A DNA stretch of 64,000 nucleotides from Oscillospiraceae bacterium (GCA_015064625.1 SVRW01000010.1:5136-69135), one strand, 5' to 3'. Shown: positions 36,592 to 45,869, counted from the stretch's first letter. The notes: generated from the sequence alone by a model not told the origin. A program made the numbers and translations.

Positions 36592-37173
36592 ATGGGCAAT
36601 CAATCTAAAACCATCGATATAATGAGCGATGAACAGATTATACAATTGTACTTTCAACGGGACGAGGAAGCGATTTGTGCCACAGATACAAAGTACAAAA
36701 GATTATTACTTTCTATTGCGGATAATATTGTTCAGAATATGAGTGACAGTGAGGAATGCTTGAATGATACATATATGGAAACGTGGAACTCAATTCCACC
36801 TACAAGGCCAACTTTTCTCAGAGCTTTTCTTGTTACGATAATGAGAAGAAAAGCGATTAATTGCTACAAAAGTCGTAATTGCCAAAAGCGAGTATCATCA
36901 GAGCTAACTATATCGTTGTCAGAGAGTGAAGAGTTTATATCCGATAAGTCTTCTGAAACGGATTCATTAGAACTGGGGAGAGTTATCAGCGAATTTATCC
37001 GTTCTTTATCACAGCGCCAAATGTACATCTTTATGAGCAGATATTACATTGCTCGACCAATTAAAGAAATTGCAAGATTGCTTAATTGCAGTGAGTCAAC
37101 CGTTAATAAAGAAATCAGCACAATAAAACATTCTTTAAAAGAAAAGCTGGAAAAGGAGGGTTATATACTATGA
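36592..37173 (+). CDS. ECF-type sigma-70 family RNA polymerase sigma factor (paralog C)
   Basis: 193 aa. EECLNDTYMETWNSIPP and region-4 HTH IKEIARLLNCSESTVNKEI. Highly similar to paralog A. ATGA overlap with the partner gene. Confidence 0.85.
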   Translation: MGNQSKTIDIMSDEQIIQLYFQRDEEAICATDTKYKRLLLSIADNIVQNMSDSEECLNDTYMETWNSIPPTRPTFLRAFLVTIMRRKAINCYKSRNCQKRVSSELTISLSESEEFISDKSSETDSLELGRVISEFIRSLSQRQMYIFMSRYYIARPIKEIARLLNCSESTVNKEISTIKHSLKEKLEKEGYIL

Positions 37174-38801
37174 AAGAAAATGAATTTTTAGATGGTTTAA
37201 ATAACATAGAAAACGAAATTGTGGAACAGTTTATATCTATGGACTGCAAACTTCAAGGAAAAGCCAATAAAAAAACAAAAATTATTTGGCTTCGCTATAG
37301 TGCTATGGTATCTTGTATAGCGTTGATTGTCAGTGCAGCACTTTTGGTGCCAAAGATTTTTAATGATGATCCGCAAACTGTTGTATCTAATTCAGATATA
37401 AGTCACGGTGATTTCTATATCAGCGAACCCGAGCAAAGCGAACCCGATTCAAGCGAACCCGAGTCAAGCGAACCCGAGTCAAGTGAACCCAATTCAAGCG
37501 AACCCGATTCAAGTGAACCCGAGTCAAGCGAACACGAGTCAAGCGAACCTGATTCAAGCGAACCCAATTCAAGCGAACCCAATTCAAGCGACCCCGAGTC
37601 AAGCGAACCCGAGTCAAGCGAACCTGATTCAAGTGAACCTGATTCAAGTGAACCAAATTCAGAACTTCCGCCTATTCCCAATTGGGATGACGCAATATAC
37701 AGTGCGAGGCAAATTTCCGAATTATTCTATAATCAATATGAATCCGTAGCAACAAACGCATATACAACAGTTTTTGTACCTGACGACAAATACTTACCTA
37801 TTGATAAAATACCTAATGAAGGGTATCTTCCTTTGTATTATCTCAACGACACTGATGAATCATGGGAATCTGATCAATCAAGAGAACCTGATGAACCAAT
37901 TGGAAACGAACTGAATGAGGATGAATTCAGAGGCTTTTTTAGCGAACAACTTCCCAAAGGTTCGGATTTTATTGGAATGAGCATCCCGGAGGATAAGTTT
38001 ACAATGAGAAAATTGTACAACAACGAGCTTTGGCTTTATTACGATATGGGATCTCACTACATACTGTTAAAGCAAAATGAAAACTTTAATTCTTTTTGCA
38101 TCAGGGGAAATCCGATTTCAATTATAGGCGGAGAAACAATTCAAATTGATCAACGATTATCTGATGATGAGATTGTTGAGTCAATTCAAAGTGTAAAAAA
38201 TAAACTTTTTGAAGCTTTTAATGTATCTTTCACCGATATTAAAATCGTAAGATCGTTTGACGATTATTCAACCCATGGAGCTAATTATATACATGTTTAC
38301 TTTTATGACAAAAACGCTCATCTTTTAAATTCTTTACAAAAAATTCCTGTGTCAGATTATATCTGTATCTCCTTTGATAATGGAGAAAATGCAAGCGACG
38401 GCATTCTGACAAATTGTCGGATCACTTATTATAAAATGAGATGTGATATTCAAACTAAATATGAAATTAAGTCAAATGCAGAAATAATATCCCTTGAAGA
38501 AGCGGAGGCGTTGTTGTATAATGGCTGTGTGTTTGGCGGCCATTCCTGCACTTTATGTATGGCGGCAAATGAAAAAGTGAGCTTTGAAGGGTATGATTTC
38601 GTTGATATTGAGTATGTGTTTCAAACTGAGTCAATCTATAATAATATGAATTTAGGAGCGCCGTTTTACGCATTTTATAAGAAAATAGGCACGGGTAAAA
38701 ATGGAAATAGCATTTATGCCAAAACATATGTTGCCGCAATTAAAGTGCGTGGGTATACTGCGTATTTGGAAAGTCAAAAAGCAAATCATAAAAACACGTA
38801 A
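37170..38801 (+). CDS. Putative anti-sigma factor with an SEPxS repeat linker (paralog of 750..2069)
   Basis: 543 aa. N-terminal motif plus TM helix, ~80-aa (S-E-P-x-S)n tract, and a C-terminal domain collinear with 750..2069 (IQIDQRLSDDEI, GGHSCTLCM, FYKKIGTGKNGNSIYAKTYV). Confidence 0.55.
   Translation: MKENEFLDGLNNIENEIVEQFISMDCKLQGKANKKTKIIWLRYSAMVSCIALIVSAALLVPKIFNDDPQTVVSNSDISHGDFYISEPEQSEPDSSEPESSEPESSEPNSSEPDSSEPESSEHESSEPDSSEPNSSEPNSSDPESSEPESSEPDSSEPDSSEPNSELPPIPNWDDAIYSARQISELFYNQYESVATNAYTTVFVPDDKYLPIDKIPNEGYLPLYYLNDTDESWESDQSREPDEPIGNELNEDEFRGFFSEQLPKGSDFIGMSIPEDKFTMRKLYNNELWLYYDMGSHYILLKQNENFNSFCIRGNPISIIGGETIQIDQRLSDDEIVESIQSVKNKLFEAFNVSFTDIKIVRSFDDYSTHGANYIHVYFYDKNAHLLNSLQKIPVSDYICISFDNGENASDGILTNCRITYYKMRCDIQTKYEIKSNAEIISLEEAEALLYNGCVFGGHSCTLCMAANEKVSFEGYDFVDIEYVFQTESIYNNMNLGAPFYAFYKKIGTGKNGNSIYAKTYVAAIKVRGYTAYLESQKANHKNT
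37422..37662 (+). repeat. About 16 tandem copies of a 15-nt in-frame repeat (AGCGAACCCGAKTCA) encoding SEP(E/D/N)S
   Basis: Period-15 repeats are read directly from the sequence. They create spurious long ORFs in other frames on both strands. Confidence 0.9.
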
Positions 38802-38891
38802 TTTTTTAAACTGATTTGATGTTTTATTTGACTCTTGTTAAATTGACAATTTATTTTCAGTGAAGAACCTTTTTTAGAATGCTCTGTGTTT

Positions 38892-38955
38892 TTTTGAATA
38901 TTAACAAGTTCCCCAAGCAATGACCAATTTGGAATTTGCTTGGGGATTTATCTTT
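38892..38955 (+). repeat. Direct repeat copy 2 (degenerate yolD 3' end plus terminator hairpin 38911-38945)
   Basis: TTTTGAATATTAACAAGTTCCCCAAGCAATGACCAATTTGGAATTTGCTTGGGGATTTA. Non-coding here, 90 nt after the anti-sigma stop. Confidence 0.8.
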
Positions 38956-39060
38956 TCGATTTTTTATTATAAAAATACAGTTTTTGCTTGACATTATGAG
39001 CGTAAAGTATTAAAATGAATACATAGAAAATATACATATAAAAGCAATCTGGAGATTATT

Positions 39061-39909
39061 ATGAGAATAGCGACACAAACGAGTTATCTTGGTCAGCTTC
39101 TTGGAGATGTTGAAGCTGTAAAGCTTATTGCTAAGGTGGGATATGGCGGAATTGACTATTCCATGTTCTACATGAATGATAATAACTGTCCGCTTCATGG
39201 TAAGGATTATATGAATCATGTGAAAAAGGTAAAAGAAGCCGCAGAACAAAGCGGAATCCCTTTTACGCAGGGACATGCTTATTTTCCACATCATGTTGAA
39301 AATGACAATGAATTGAGTAAAGAGTTTTACGGATATGCTGTCAGATCCTTGGAGATAGCTTCGTATCTTGGGATTGAAGCTGTAACGATGCATCCGGTTG
39401 CATTTGAAAAGGATCAGGATGAAAAAAATATAGAGATTTTTTCCTCTTTTATTCCATATTGCAAGAATTACGGAGTGAAGATTGCAATAGAAAACGTATT
39501 CAAGGCAAACAGAGAAAAGCTTTGCAGTGATCCTGAAACTCTTAATAAATACGTAGATGAACTTAATAAGGATGGGAATTGTTTCTGTGCTTTGATTGAC
39601 GTGGGTCATGCGGAATATATAGGCTATAAAGCTGAAGATTTTATTCGTGGAGTAGGTCACGAACGTCTCGCAGGACTTCACATTCAGGATAGTGACCGCA
39701 TAGAAGACCGCCATCAGCTTCCTTTTACACAGAAATTTGATTGGACCGGTATAACCAAAGCGTTGGCAGATGTGGATTATAAAGGTGACCTTACTTTTGA
39801 GGCTGATAAATTTTTGAGATTATTCCCTGCTGAGATGGTAGAAGATGCATCCCGATTTATGCTTAAAGTAGGCGAACAGCTGGTTAGAATGATTGAGAGA
39901 AATAAATAA
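39061..39909 (+). CDS. Sugar phosphate isomerase/epimerase (xylose-isomerase-like TIM barrel)
   Basis: 282 aa. Pattern of metal-ligand blocks (MHPV, IAIENV, DVGHA, HIQD) typical of the AP_endonuc_2 fold. Confidence 0.6.
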   Translation: MRIATQTSYLGQLLGDVEAVKLIAKVGYGGIDYSMFYMNDNNCPLHGKDYMNHVKKVKEAAEQSGIPFTQGHAYFPHHVENDNELSKEFYGYAVRSLEIASYLGIEAVTMHPVAFEKDQDEKNIEIFSSFIPYCKNYGVKIAIENVFKANREKLCSDPETLNKYVDELNKDGNCFCALIDVGHAEYIGYKAEDFIRGVGHERLAGLHIQDSDRIEDRHQLPFTQKFDWTGITKALADVDYKGDLTFEADKFLRLFPAEMVEDASRFMLKVGEQLVRMIERNK

Positions 39910-39923
39910 ATAAATAAAATACG

Positions 39924-39954
39924 GCTGTTGCACTAATAACATTAGTGCAACAGC
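39924..39954 (+). terminator. Hairpin after 39061..39909 (putative terminator, no T-tract)
   Basis: Perfect 14-bp stem GCTGTTGCACTAAT-AAC-ATTAGTGCAACAGC, not followed by a T-run. Confidence 0.7.
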
Positions 39955-40105
39955 GCAAGGCATAAGGCAATAGGCAGGAGAGAAAGAAATTTTTCTCATT
40001 GCGTAAAAATAATTTATTATAACAAACTAAATCCTTTCACTGACAGCGAATTAGCTGGAACGTACTAATAATAACGTTAATGCAACGTTTCAAAGTGAAT
40101 GTGAT

Positions 40106-40675
40106 TTAATTATCCTTGACCTTCCAAGGTGACAGCGTTCCATCTGTTACCAAAAAACTTTCTTTCGCAATAAGTGCCATTGGCGTATCCGAATAAGAGT
40201 CGGAGTAAAATTTGTCAACTGATTCATCTTTGTAAATAGCTCTGAAACGAACAACTTTTTCGTCACCTGAACAGTTTAGTCCAATGAATTTACCAGTTTT
40301 TTTGTCTACTCTTGATGCGATGTAGTTTTCTATTCCCAGTCTTTTGCACGCAGGTCCAATCAGAAATTCGGGGGAAGCGGATATAACTAAATCGTCCTTC
40401 TTTTGAACTTTTTGATACCAGCCCATGGATTTATGTATGTTTTTATCCCAGAATTCTTCAACGTATTCATCTATTGATTTAAAGTACTGAAGATACGCGA
40501 AAACTCTTTCTTTGAACACGGTAAGAGATTTTTTTCCTCGCTTCCAGCTGATATAAGCGGGAAGCATACCGAAAGTGTTCAATATTATAATAGGCCTTTT
40601 CTTTAAACAAAAAAAGAAAAAATCAGTAGAACAATCTGTTCTGTTAATTGTTTTATCGAAATCGTATACGTTCAT
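40106..40675 (-). CDS. HAD-superfamily hydrolase/phosphatase
   Basis: 189 aa. N-terminal DxDxT motif (YDFDKTI) and C-terminal SDSYSD. Confidence 0.6.
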   Translation of the reverse strand: MNVYDFDKTINRTDCSTDFFFFCLKKRPIIILNTFGMLPAYISWKRGKKSLTVFKERVFAYLQYFKSIDEYVEEFWDKNIHKSMGWYQKVQKKDDLVISASPEFLIGPACKRLGIENYIASRVDKKTGKFIGLNCSGDEKVVRFRAIYKDESVDKFYSDSYSDTPMALIAKESFLVTDGTLSPWKVKDN

Positions 40676-40700
40676 CTTTAAATTCTCCTTGGAGGTTGTT

Positions 40701-41717
40701 GTGGTAAAGGTAAGTATAATTGTTCCGGTTTATAAAGCCGAAAAATGTATATCAAAATGCGTTGAAAGTCTTATTTTTCAATCGTTGAAAGATATCGAGA
40801 TTATTCTTGTGGATGATGGTTCGCCTGACAATAGCGGTATAATTTGTGATGAATACGCAAAAAAAGACGGCCGACTTCGTGTTATTCATAAAGAAAATGG
40901 GGGAGTGTCTTCAGCGAGAAATAGAGGGATAGAAGAAGCAACAGGTGAATACATTTTATTTGTGGATAGCGACGATTGGGTAGAACCTGATTATGCTGAG
41001 GCATTGTACAATACTAAACAACGCTATCCGAATTACGAAGTTTTGTGCGGATTCAGAACCGTTTCCGATTATGAGGGAACTTTTGTATCTGAAAATCGTT
41101 TTTCAAAAAACGAGGAAGACATAGTCTCTTTTAAAAGATATATGGAGTTAATGGGCGCTGTTTTAGTTCAGTCGCCTTGGAACAAATTATATAGAGCGGC
41201 TGTTATAAAAAATGACAATCTCAGATTTGACGAATCTCTTTCATTAGGTGAAGATGTGCTTTTTAATCTGTCATATTATGACTGCTGCAAGTCTGATAAT
41301 GTTTTTGTGTTAAATGTCCCTTTGTATAATTATATCAAAACTGGTGGAGAATCATTGGATAATAAGTATTATCCAAATCTTATTATACTTGATGAGATGA
41401 TATATACAAAATTAAAGGAATTCATTTCACACCATGGTGCTGATAAAAAACAATTGGAAATATTCGATAATTCGCGTTTTTATAGATATATAAAAGCTCT
41501 TTCAAATACATATATGGAGGGTAATCCTGCCTCTCCTAAAGAAAAAAGAAAAACAAACAACGAAATATTACGCTCCGCAGAATTTAAGAAATCATTGAAT
41601 GAGGTTACAGCATACATTCACCCAATACATAAAATAGCATATAAAAGCGGGAGCTGGACATTGGTTAGCCTTGCATATAAAATAACGTCGTTGAAAAACA
41701 AAATAATAAAGAGGTAA
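40701..41717 (+). CDS. Family 2 glycosyltransferase
   Basis: GTG at 40701 after GGAGG (the tracked ORF start at 40575 runs antisense through the HAD gene). SIIVPVYKAEKCISKCVESL, VDDGSPD and VDSDD motifs. Confidence 0.85.
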   Translation: MVKVSIIVPVYKAEKCISKCVESLIFQSLKDIEIILVDDGSPDNSGIICDEYAKKDGRLRVIHKENGGVSSARNRGIEEATGEYILFVDSDDWVEPDYAEALYNTKQRYPNYEVLCGFRTVSDYEGTFVSENRFSKNEEDIVSFKRYMELMGAVLVQSPWNKLYRAAVIKNDNLRFDESLSLGEDVLFNLSYYDCCKSDNVFVLNVPLYNYIKTGGESLDNKYYPNLIILDEMIYTKLKEFISHHGADKKQLEIFDNSRFYRYIKALSNTYMEGNPASPKEKRKTNNEILRSAEFKKSLNEVTAYIHPIHKIAYKSGSWTLVSLAYKITSLKNKIIKR

Positions 41718-41719
41718 AC

Positions 41720-42742
41720 ATGTATAAAAGGGCGGAAGAATTGGGCTTAAAAATCGGACGCATGGAAAAAGGAAAGCTCAACAAAATAACGGATGTTCCA
41801 GGCGTAAAAGTGGGTCATGCTACAATAAAAAATGAGATTAACAAAACGGGTGTTACTATCATTTTACCCCACGAAGAAAACATTTTTCAAAGCAAAGTAG
41901 TTGCTTCTTCCTATGTACTGAACGGTTTCGGAAAAACAGCAGGTCTTATACAGGTATCCGAACTTGGAAATATTGAAACTCCAATAGCATTAACGTCAAC
42001 TTTAAATGTTGGTCTTGTGATGGACGCGCTGGTAGAATATACGTTGAACAACGCTAAGGAAGAAATAACTTCCGTAAATGCCGTTGTTGCAGAATGTAAC
42101 GATGGAAGAATCAATTCTCCTTTTAACAGAGCTGTAAAGAAAGAACATGTTTTTTCTGCTATTGAAAATGCTTGTGAAGACTTTTCTGAAGGTGATGTCG
42201 GTGCAGGCACAGGCATGATATGTTATGGTCTTAAAGGTGGAATAGGGTCTGCATCAAGAATGCTGCCTATTGGAAAAGGATATACTTTGGGCGTTTTAGT
42301 TCAAACAAATTTTGGTTCTCTTGGAGATCTTACCATTTGCGGTAAAAATGTTGGAGAATCCATTAAAAACGAAAGCAAAAACAACGAAGAAAAAGGATCG
42401 GTCATTGTTGTTGTAGCAACAGATCTTCCTTTAACCTCTAGACAACTTACAAGAGTTATTAAAAGAGTATCCGTTGGTCTTGCCCGAACAGGTTCATTTA
42501 TAGGGCACGGGAGCGGAGAAGTCTTTTTGGGATTTTCAACGTCAAACAGAATTGAAATGAATGAAAAAGACGATATTGTTTCTATGTCTTTACTTAATGA
42601 ATCCAAAATGAACACAGTTTTCAGAGCTGCTGCAGAAGCTACAGAGGAAGCCGTTTTGAATTCTATGTTGATGGCTTCACCAACAACTGAAAGAAACGGA
42701 AATCCCGTTAGAAGCCTTAATGAATTCATTCATTTGCTTTAA
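41720..42742 (+). CDS. P1/S58-family peptidase (DmpA-like L-aminopeptidase/D-esterase)
   Basis: 340 aa. ITDVPGVKVGHAT ... TGVTIILP N-terminal signature. Confidence 0.65.
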   Translation: MYKRAEELGLKIGRMEKGKLNKITDVPGVKVGHATIKNEINKTGVTIILPHEENIFQSKVVASSYVLNGFGKTAGLIQVSELGNIETPIALTSTLNVGLVMDALVEYTLNNAKEEITSVNAVVAECNDGRINSPFNRAVKKEHVFSAIENACEDFSEGDVGAGTGMICYGLKGGIGSASRMLPIGKGYTLGVLVQTNFGSLGDLTICGKNVGESIKNESKNNEEKGSVIVVVATDLPLTSRQLTRVIKRVSVGLARTGSFIGHGSGEVFLGFSTSNRIEMNEKDDIVSMSLLNESKMNTVFRAAAEATEEAVLNSMLMASPTTERNGNPVRSLNEFIHLL

Positions 42743-42760
42743 TCATAGTTGACAACCGCA

Positions 42761-42790
42761 AAAATCAACCGTAAAAACGGTTGATTTTTT
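42761..42790. terminator. Bidirectional intrinsic terminator
   Basis: AAAATCAACCG-TAAAAA-CGGTTGATTTT hairpin with flanking A and T runs, between convergent genes. Confidence 0.75.
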
Positions 42791-43809
42791 TATTCTCCAT
42801 CTTTTAATAATGCTTCTAAATTGGTTTTTTGGGGGATCGATTCGGATTTTCTGTCATTCATAAATGAAAAATATTTATTCCCGGTTAAATTATCTATTAT
42901 TTGCGAAAAAACACTTGCGATTCCAACAGCTATTAACGTTCCATCCGCGATAGATGTAAAACGTCTTATAAAAACGGTGATTATTCCGCAAAGGATACCA
43001 AAAAATAATTTACCGTTTTTTGTTATAGGAGAGGAACAAGTCATAGTAGCAACAAAGAAAGCGGAAAAAAGTACACCTCCTGAAAGGGTTTCTACTGAAG
43101 CACTATATATTGCTTCACAGTTTCCAACCGGAAGAAAGAATGAAATAAGGAAAACTGTGGAAATGAAAGCTACCGGAATATGAAAAGAGGTATAGTTTTT
43201 TATAATTAGAAAAATACCGCATAAAATTATCAAAAATGCTGAAATTTCCCCAATAGCACCGCTATCTCTTCCTAAAAAAGCGTTTAGTAATGTTGAATTC
43301 GTAATACTGTCCGTACCGTTTTTTATGCTTTCAAGAACTGTCATTACTCGTTCTGCGTTTGGTGTGGATAATTGGGAAAATGAAAAAGTATTGAAAGGTG
43401 CAGTATTACAATTTACAGCCGCACTAAACAAACCGTATAGAATAATTCCCGCGGATGCAACAGGGTTTGCGAGCGTGCATGATAGCGTTCCTCTGAAACG
43501 TATTAAAGAAATTGATGATGCAATAAATCCTGCAAGTGCAATTGCCCATAGAGGAGTTGAAACAGGAAAGATCAAACCTGTCAGAATTCCTGTAATAACA
43601 GGTCTAAAAATAGAAAAGCTTTTTAAATTCTTTGAAACTGCTAATATTGATAATTCTGTCACTATAGAGAATACTGTGGATGTGGCAAGAAGCAGAAGAG
43701 CTCTTGTCCCAAAAACGTATACGCCCCATATAATTATGGGAACGAGGGCAATAAATATATTGCTTTGTATATGAAAAGCTTTATCTTTACAATGCTTTAT
43801 TGGAGACAT
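42790..43809 (-). CDS. RnfD/NqrB-family membrane protein (stand-alone, no RnfGEAB nearby)
   Basis: 339 aa polytopic protein with GGAGG 6 nt upstream. N-terminus and the SGGVLFSAFFVAT block resemble RnfD. The segment TDSITNST sits where the covalent-FMN motif is expected. Confidence 0.65.
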   Translation of the reverse strand: MSPIKHCKDKAFHIQSNIFIALVPIIIWGVYVFGTRALLLLATSTVFSIVTELSILAVSKNLKSFSIFRPVITGILTGLIFPVSTPLWAIALAGFIASSISLIRFRGTLSCTLANPVASAGIILYGLFSAAVNCNTAPFNTFSFSQLSTPNAERVMTVLESIKNGTDSITNSTLLNAFLGRDSGAIGEISAFLIILCGIFLIIKNYTSFHIPVAFISTVFLISFFLPVGNCEAIYSASVETLSGGVLFSAFFVATMTCSSPITKNGKLFFGILCGIITVFIRRFTSIADGTLIAVGIASVFSQIIDNLTGNKYFSFMNDRKSESIPQKTNLEALLKDGE

Positions 43810-43839
43810 ATGTGCCCTCCTTTATAGACGTGAGATAAT

Positions 43840-45090
43840 TTAATCGTGTTTTGATATGCTTTTTAAACTGTCAGATATGGTTTGCGAAAGCGGTAAATTT
43901 GAGGGGCAGACGTATGAACAGCATCCACAATTTATGCAATGACTTATCCCTGAATGTTCGTTTTTTTCGTGGCGTTCGTATATTATATTTGAATAAAGAT
44001 ATATAGGTTTCAACATCATAGGACATACCTTAATGCATCTTCCACAACGTATGCAATCTTCAGATTTTGACGAAATAACTGAATCCTCTTTTTCTACAAC
44101 AGTAACGCAACTGGTGCTATGACATATCGTGTTGTCTTCTGAAATGGGCTTGCCAGTCATGAATCCGCCTTCGATAACTTGAGGGTCTTTTCGTATAGTC
44201 CCACCGCAGAATTCCAAAATGTCCGATATTCTTGTTCCTATAGGCACAGACAAATTTTTCGATTCTTTAAGACCGTCTGATACGGAAAAAAACTTTCTTA
44301 CAGCAGGGATTCCCGTAGTGAAGGATAAATAAGTGTTTATAACGCTTTCAGCTGTCAAAACGAGACAACGGCTATTTTCTATCAGATTTTCTCTGTTATA
44401 TTCTTTTCTTGTTAAGGTATAAATTAAACATTTTTCGTTTTCAATAGGATATTTATTTTCAACTATACGAAAAGAAATAAGCTTAGGATCATTTATTTCT
44501 TTTGCTAAGTTCAACTTAAGGGAGATATCATCATCGTTGATGGCTATAATTCCAGCTCTTGCCTTTGTAGCATGAATGAGTATTTTTAAACCTCCAATAA
44601 ACTCCTTTGCGTATTCTTCAAGTAGCCTGTAAGATATTACCGAGGGAGGCTCTGAACAAGTACAGCTTACAATTATATTTTCTATTTTACCTGAGGATTT
44701 TTTTATTTTCTCTGCAAGCTTTACATCTTCATCATATATACCCATGAATTGCAGAACTGATATAATTTCATTTGTTTCAAGAGTTGTAAGAGGAATATCA
44801 ACAGATGACAGACCAGGATAAATATGATTTTTGAAATCGTTTTTTATAGTTACAGTGCTTTCATTGACGGATTCCACTGTTCCCGATATTCCGGAACATA
44901 CAGGAGGCAAGCATTCGTCTTCACCAGATGCAATTATCTGTCCAATTTTTACTTCATCGAAAGCAGAAACTGTCATAATGTAATTATTAGGAATTTCAAG
45001 ATATATATATTCTGGGTCCATTTTTTGTATGGGAAGCAGTTTTGTTTTATTTCCATGATTAAAACGGACTCCACCATCGAATGTTAACAT
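43840..45090 (-). CDS. RnfC-like iron-sulfur protein with a degenerate nucleotide-binding motif
   Basis: ATG at 45090 after GAGG (the tracked ORF starts at 45108). RnfC-like N-terminal barrel segment, blocks NKYPIENEK and CSEPP (canonical ECEPY), and two CxxCxxCxxxCP motifs (CIRCGRCIKVCP, CINCGCCSYVCP). The GxGGAxFP site reads GIYDEDVKL. Confidence 0.65.
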   Translation of the reverse strand: MLTFDGGVRFNHGNKTKLLPIQKMDPEYIYLEIPNNYIMTVSAFDEVKIGQIIASGEDECLPPVCSGISGTVESVNESTVTIKNDFKNHIYPGLSSVDIPLTTLETNEIISVLQFMGIYDEDVKLAEKIKKSSGKIENIIVSCTCSEPPSVISYRLLEEYAKEFIGGLKILIHATKARAGIIAINDDDISLKLNLAKEINDPKLISFRIVENKYPIENEKCLIYTLTRKEYNRENLIENSRCLVLTAESVINTYLSFTTGIPAVRKFFSVSDGLKESKNLSVPIGTRISDILEFCGGTIRKDPQVIEGGFMTGKPISEDNTICHSTSCVTVVEKEDSVISSKSEDCIRCGRCIKVCPMMLKPIYLYSNIIYERHEKNEHSGISHCINCGCCSYVCPSNLPLSQTISDSLKSISKHD

Positions 45091-45302
45091 TGTATACCTC
45101 ACTTTCAAATGTCGAACAAGCTCAAATACACAAAATAATTATATAATATTTACTTGTATTTTTCAATAGTTTTTTTGTTTTTTCTATTGCATATTCTGAA
45201 AATATATGTTAAGATGAATAAAAGTGGTGTAAAATGTATTATTTTGTCAAAAAAATAAAAAAGACGAAAGGCTGTGCGAAAAAGCATCGTTGGTGATCCA
45301 TT

Positions 45303-45845
45303 ATGGCGGAAATGAAAGACAGATTTCAAATAAAGGTTTTTATTTTATACCTTTTGAAAAATATTCGCGAACCGCTCGAATACAAGATAATAAACGATAT
45401 GGTTATGCAGGACGGATTTGTGTCTGGAACTGACTTTCCGATTTGTTTTTGTGAGCTTTTGGATCAGGAGCAGATTATTGAAGAACGCGTTGACGGTAAA
45501 ATGCTTTACAGAATTTCTGAATTAGGTGCACAATCTGTTAGTAGCGTTGAATTCAATTTGTATGATTCTGTTAAAGAAAAAGCATTAAGATCAGCTCATA
45601 GACTTTTAGCGTTTCATAAAACTGGAAACAGAATTGAATCTAAGATTACACCTCGCGGGGATGGATACATGGTCAGCTGCTCCATAACAGATAATGAAAA
45701 AACTCTTTTGGATCTTAATGTTTTTCTTACAGACGATAATTATGCAGATGCTATGAAGGAAAACTTCACAGAACGCGCTGAAGTGATTTACAAAGGTGTG
45801 CTTGCTCTGCTTTCAGGAGATGTAAACTATATTTTTGATGAGTAA
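45303..45845 (+). CDS. Hypothetical protein, DUF4364-like
   Basis: 180 aa. The N-terminal pattern FQIKVFILYLLKNIREPLEYKIIND resembles clostridial DUF4364 proteins (recalled from memory). Confidence 0.4.
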   Translation: MAEMKDRFQIKVFILYLLKNIREPLEYKIINDMVMQDGFVSGTDFPICFCELLDQEQIIEERVDGKMLYRISELGAQSVSSVEFNLYDSVKEKALRSAHRLLAFHKTGNRIESKITPRGDGYMVSCSITDNEKTLLDLNVFLTDDNYADAMKENFTERAEVIYKGVLALLSGDVNYIFDE

Positions 45846-45869
45846 ATTTTAAATTCTTGAGTACGAAAC

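Noticed and set aside
37422-37662. Possible CRISPR array suggested by regular short repeats
   Set aside because: The repeats are 15 nt long and directly abutting, with no spacers. They lie in frame within a coding sequence, and no cas genes are present.
37408-37749. Three long ORFs (37408..37749 +, 37415..37681 -, 37420..37656 -) over the 15-nt repeat tract
   Set aside because: They are alternative-frame or antisense readings of the stop-free tandem repeat inside CDS 37170..38801. Their monotonous ANPSQ / GSLES / RVRLN peptides are artefacts.
39010-39714. 234-aa minus-strand ORF
   Set aside because: It is fully antisense to the sugar phosphate isomerase gene (39061..39909), which has clear family motifs. 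Its composition is that of an AT-rich antisense read-through.
40575-40700. N-terminal 42 codons of tracked ORF 40575..41717
   Set aside because: They run antisense through the 5' end of the HAD gene. GT2 homology begins at VKVSIIVPVY, and a GTG at 40701 is preceded by GGAGG.
43325-43774. 149-aa plus-strand ORF, plus 42821..43183(+)
   Set aside because: Both are antisense to the RnfD-like membrane protein gene, whose hydrophobic periodicity and family blocks support the minus-strand frame.
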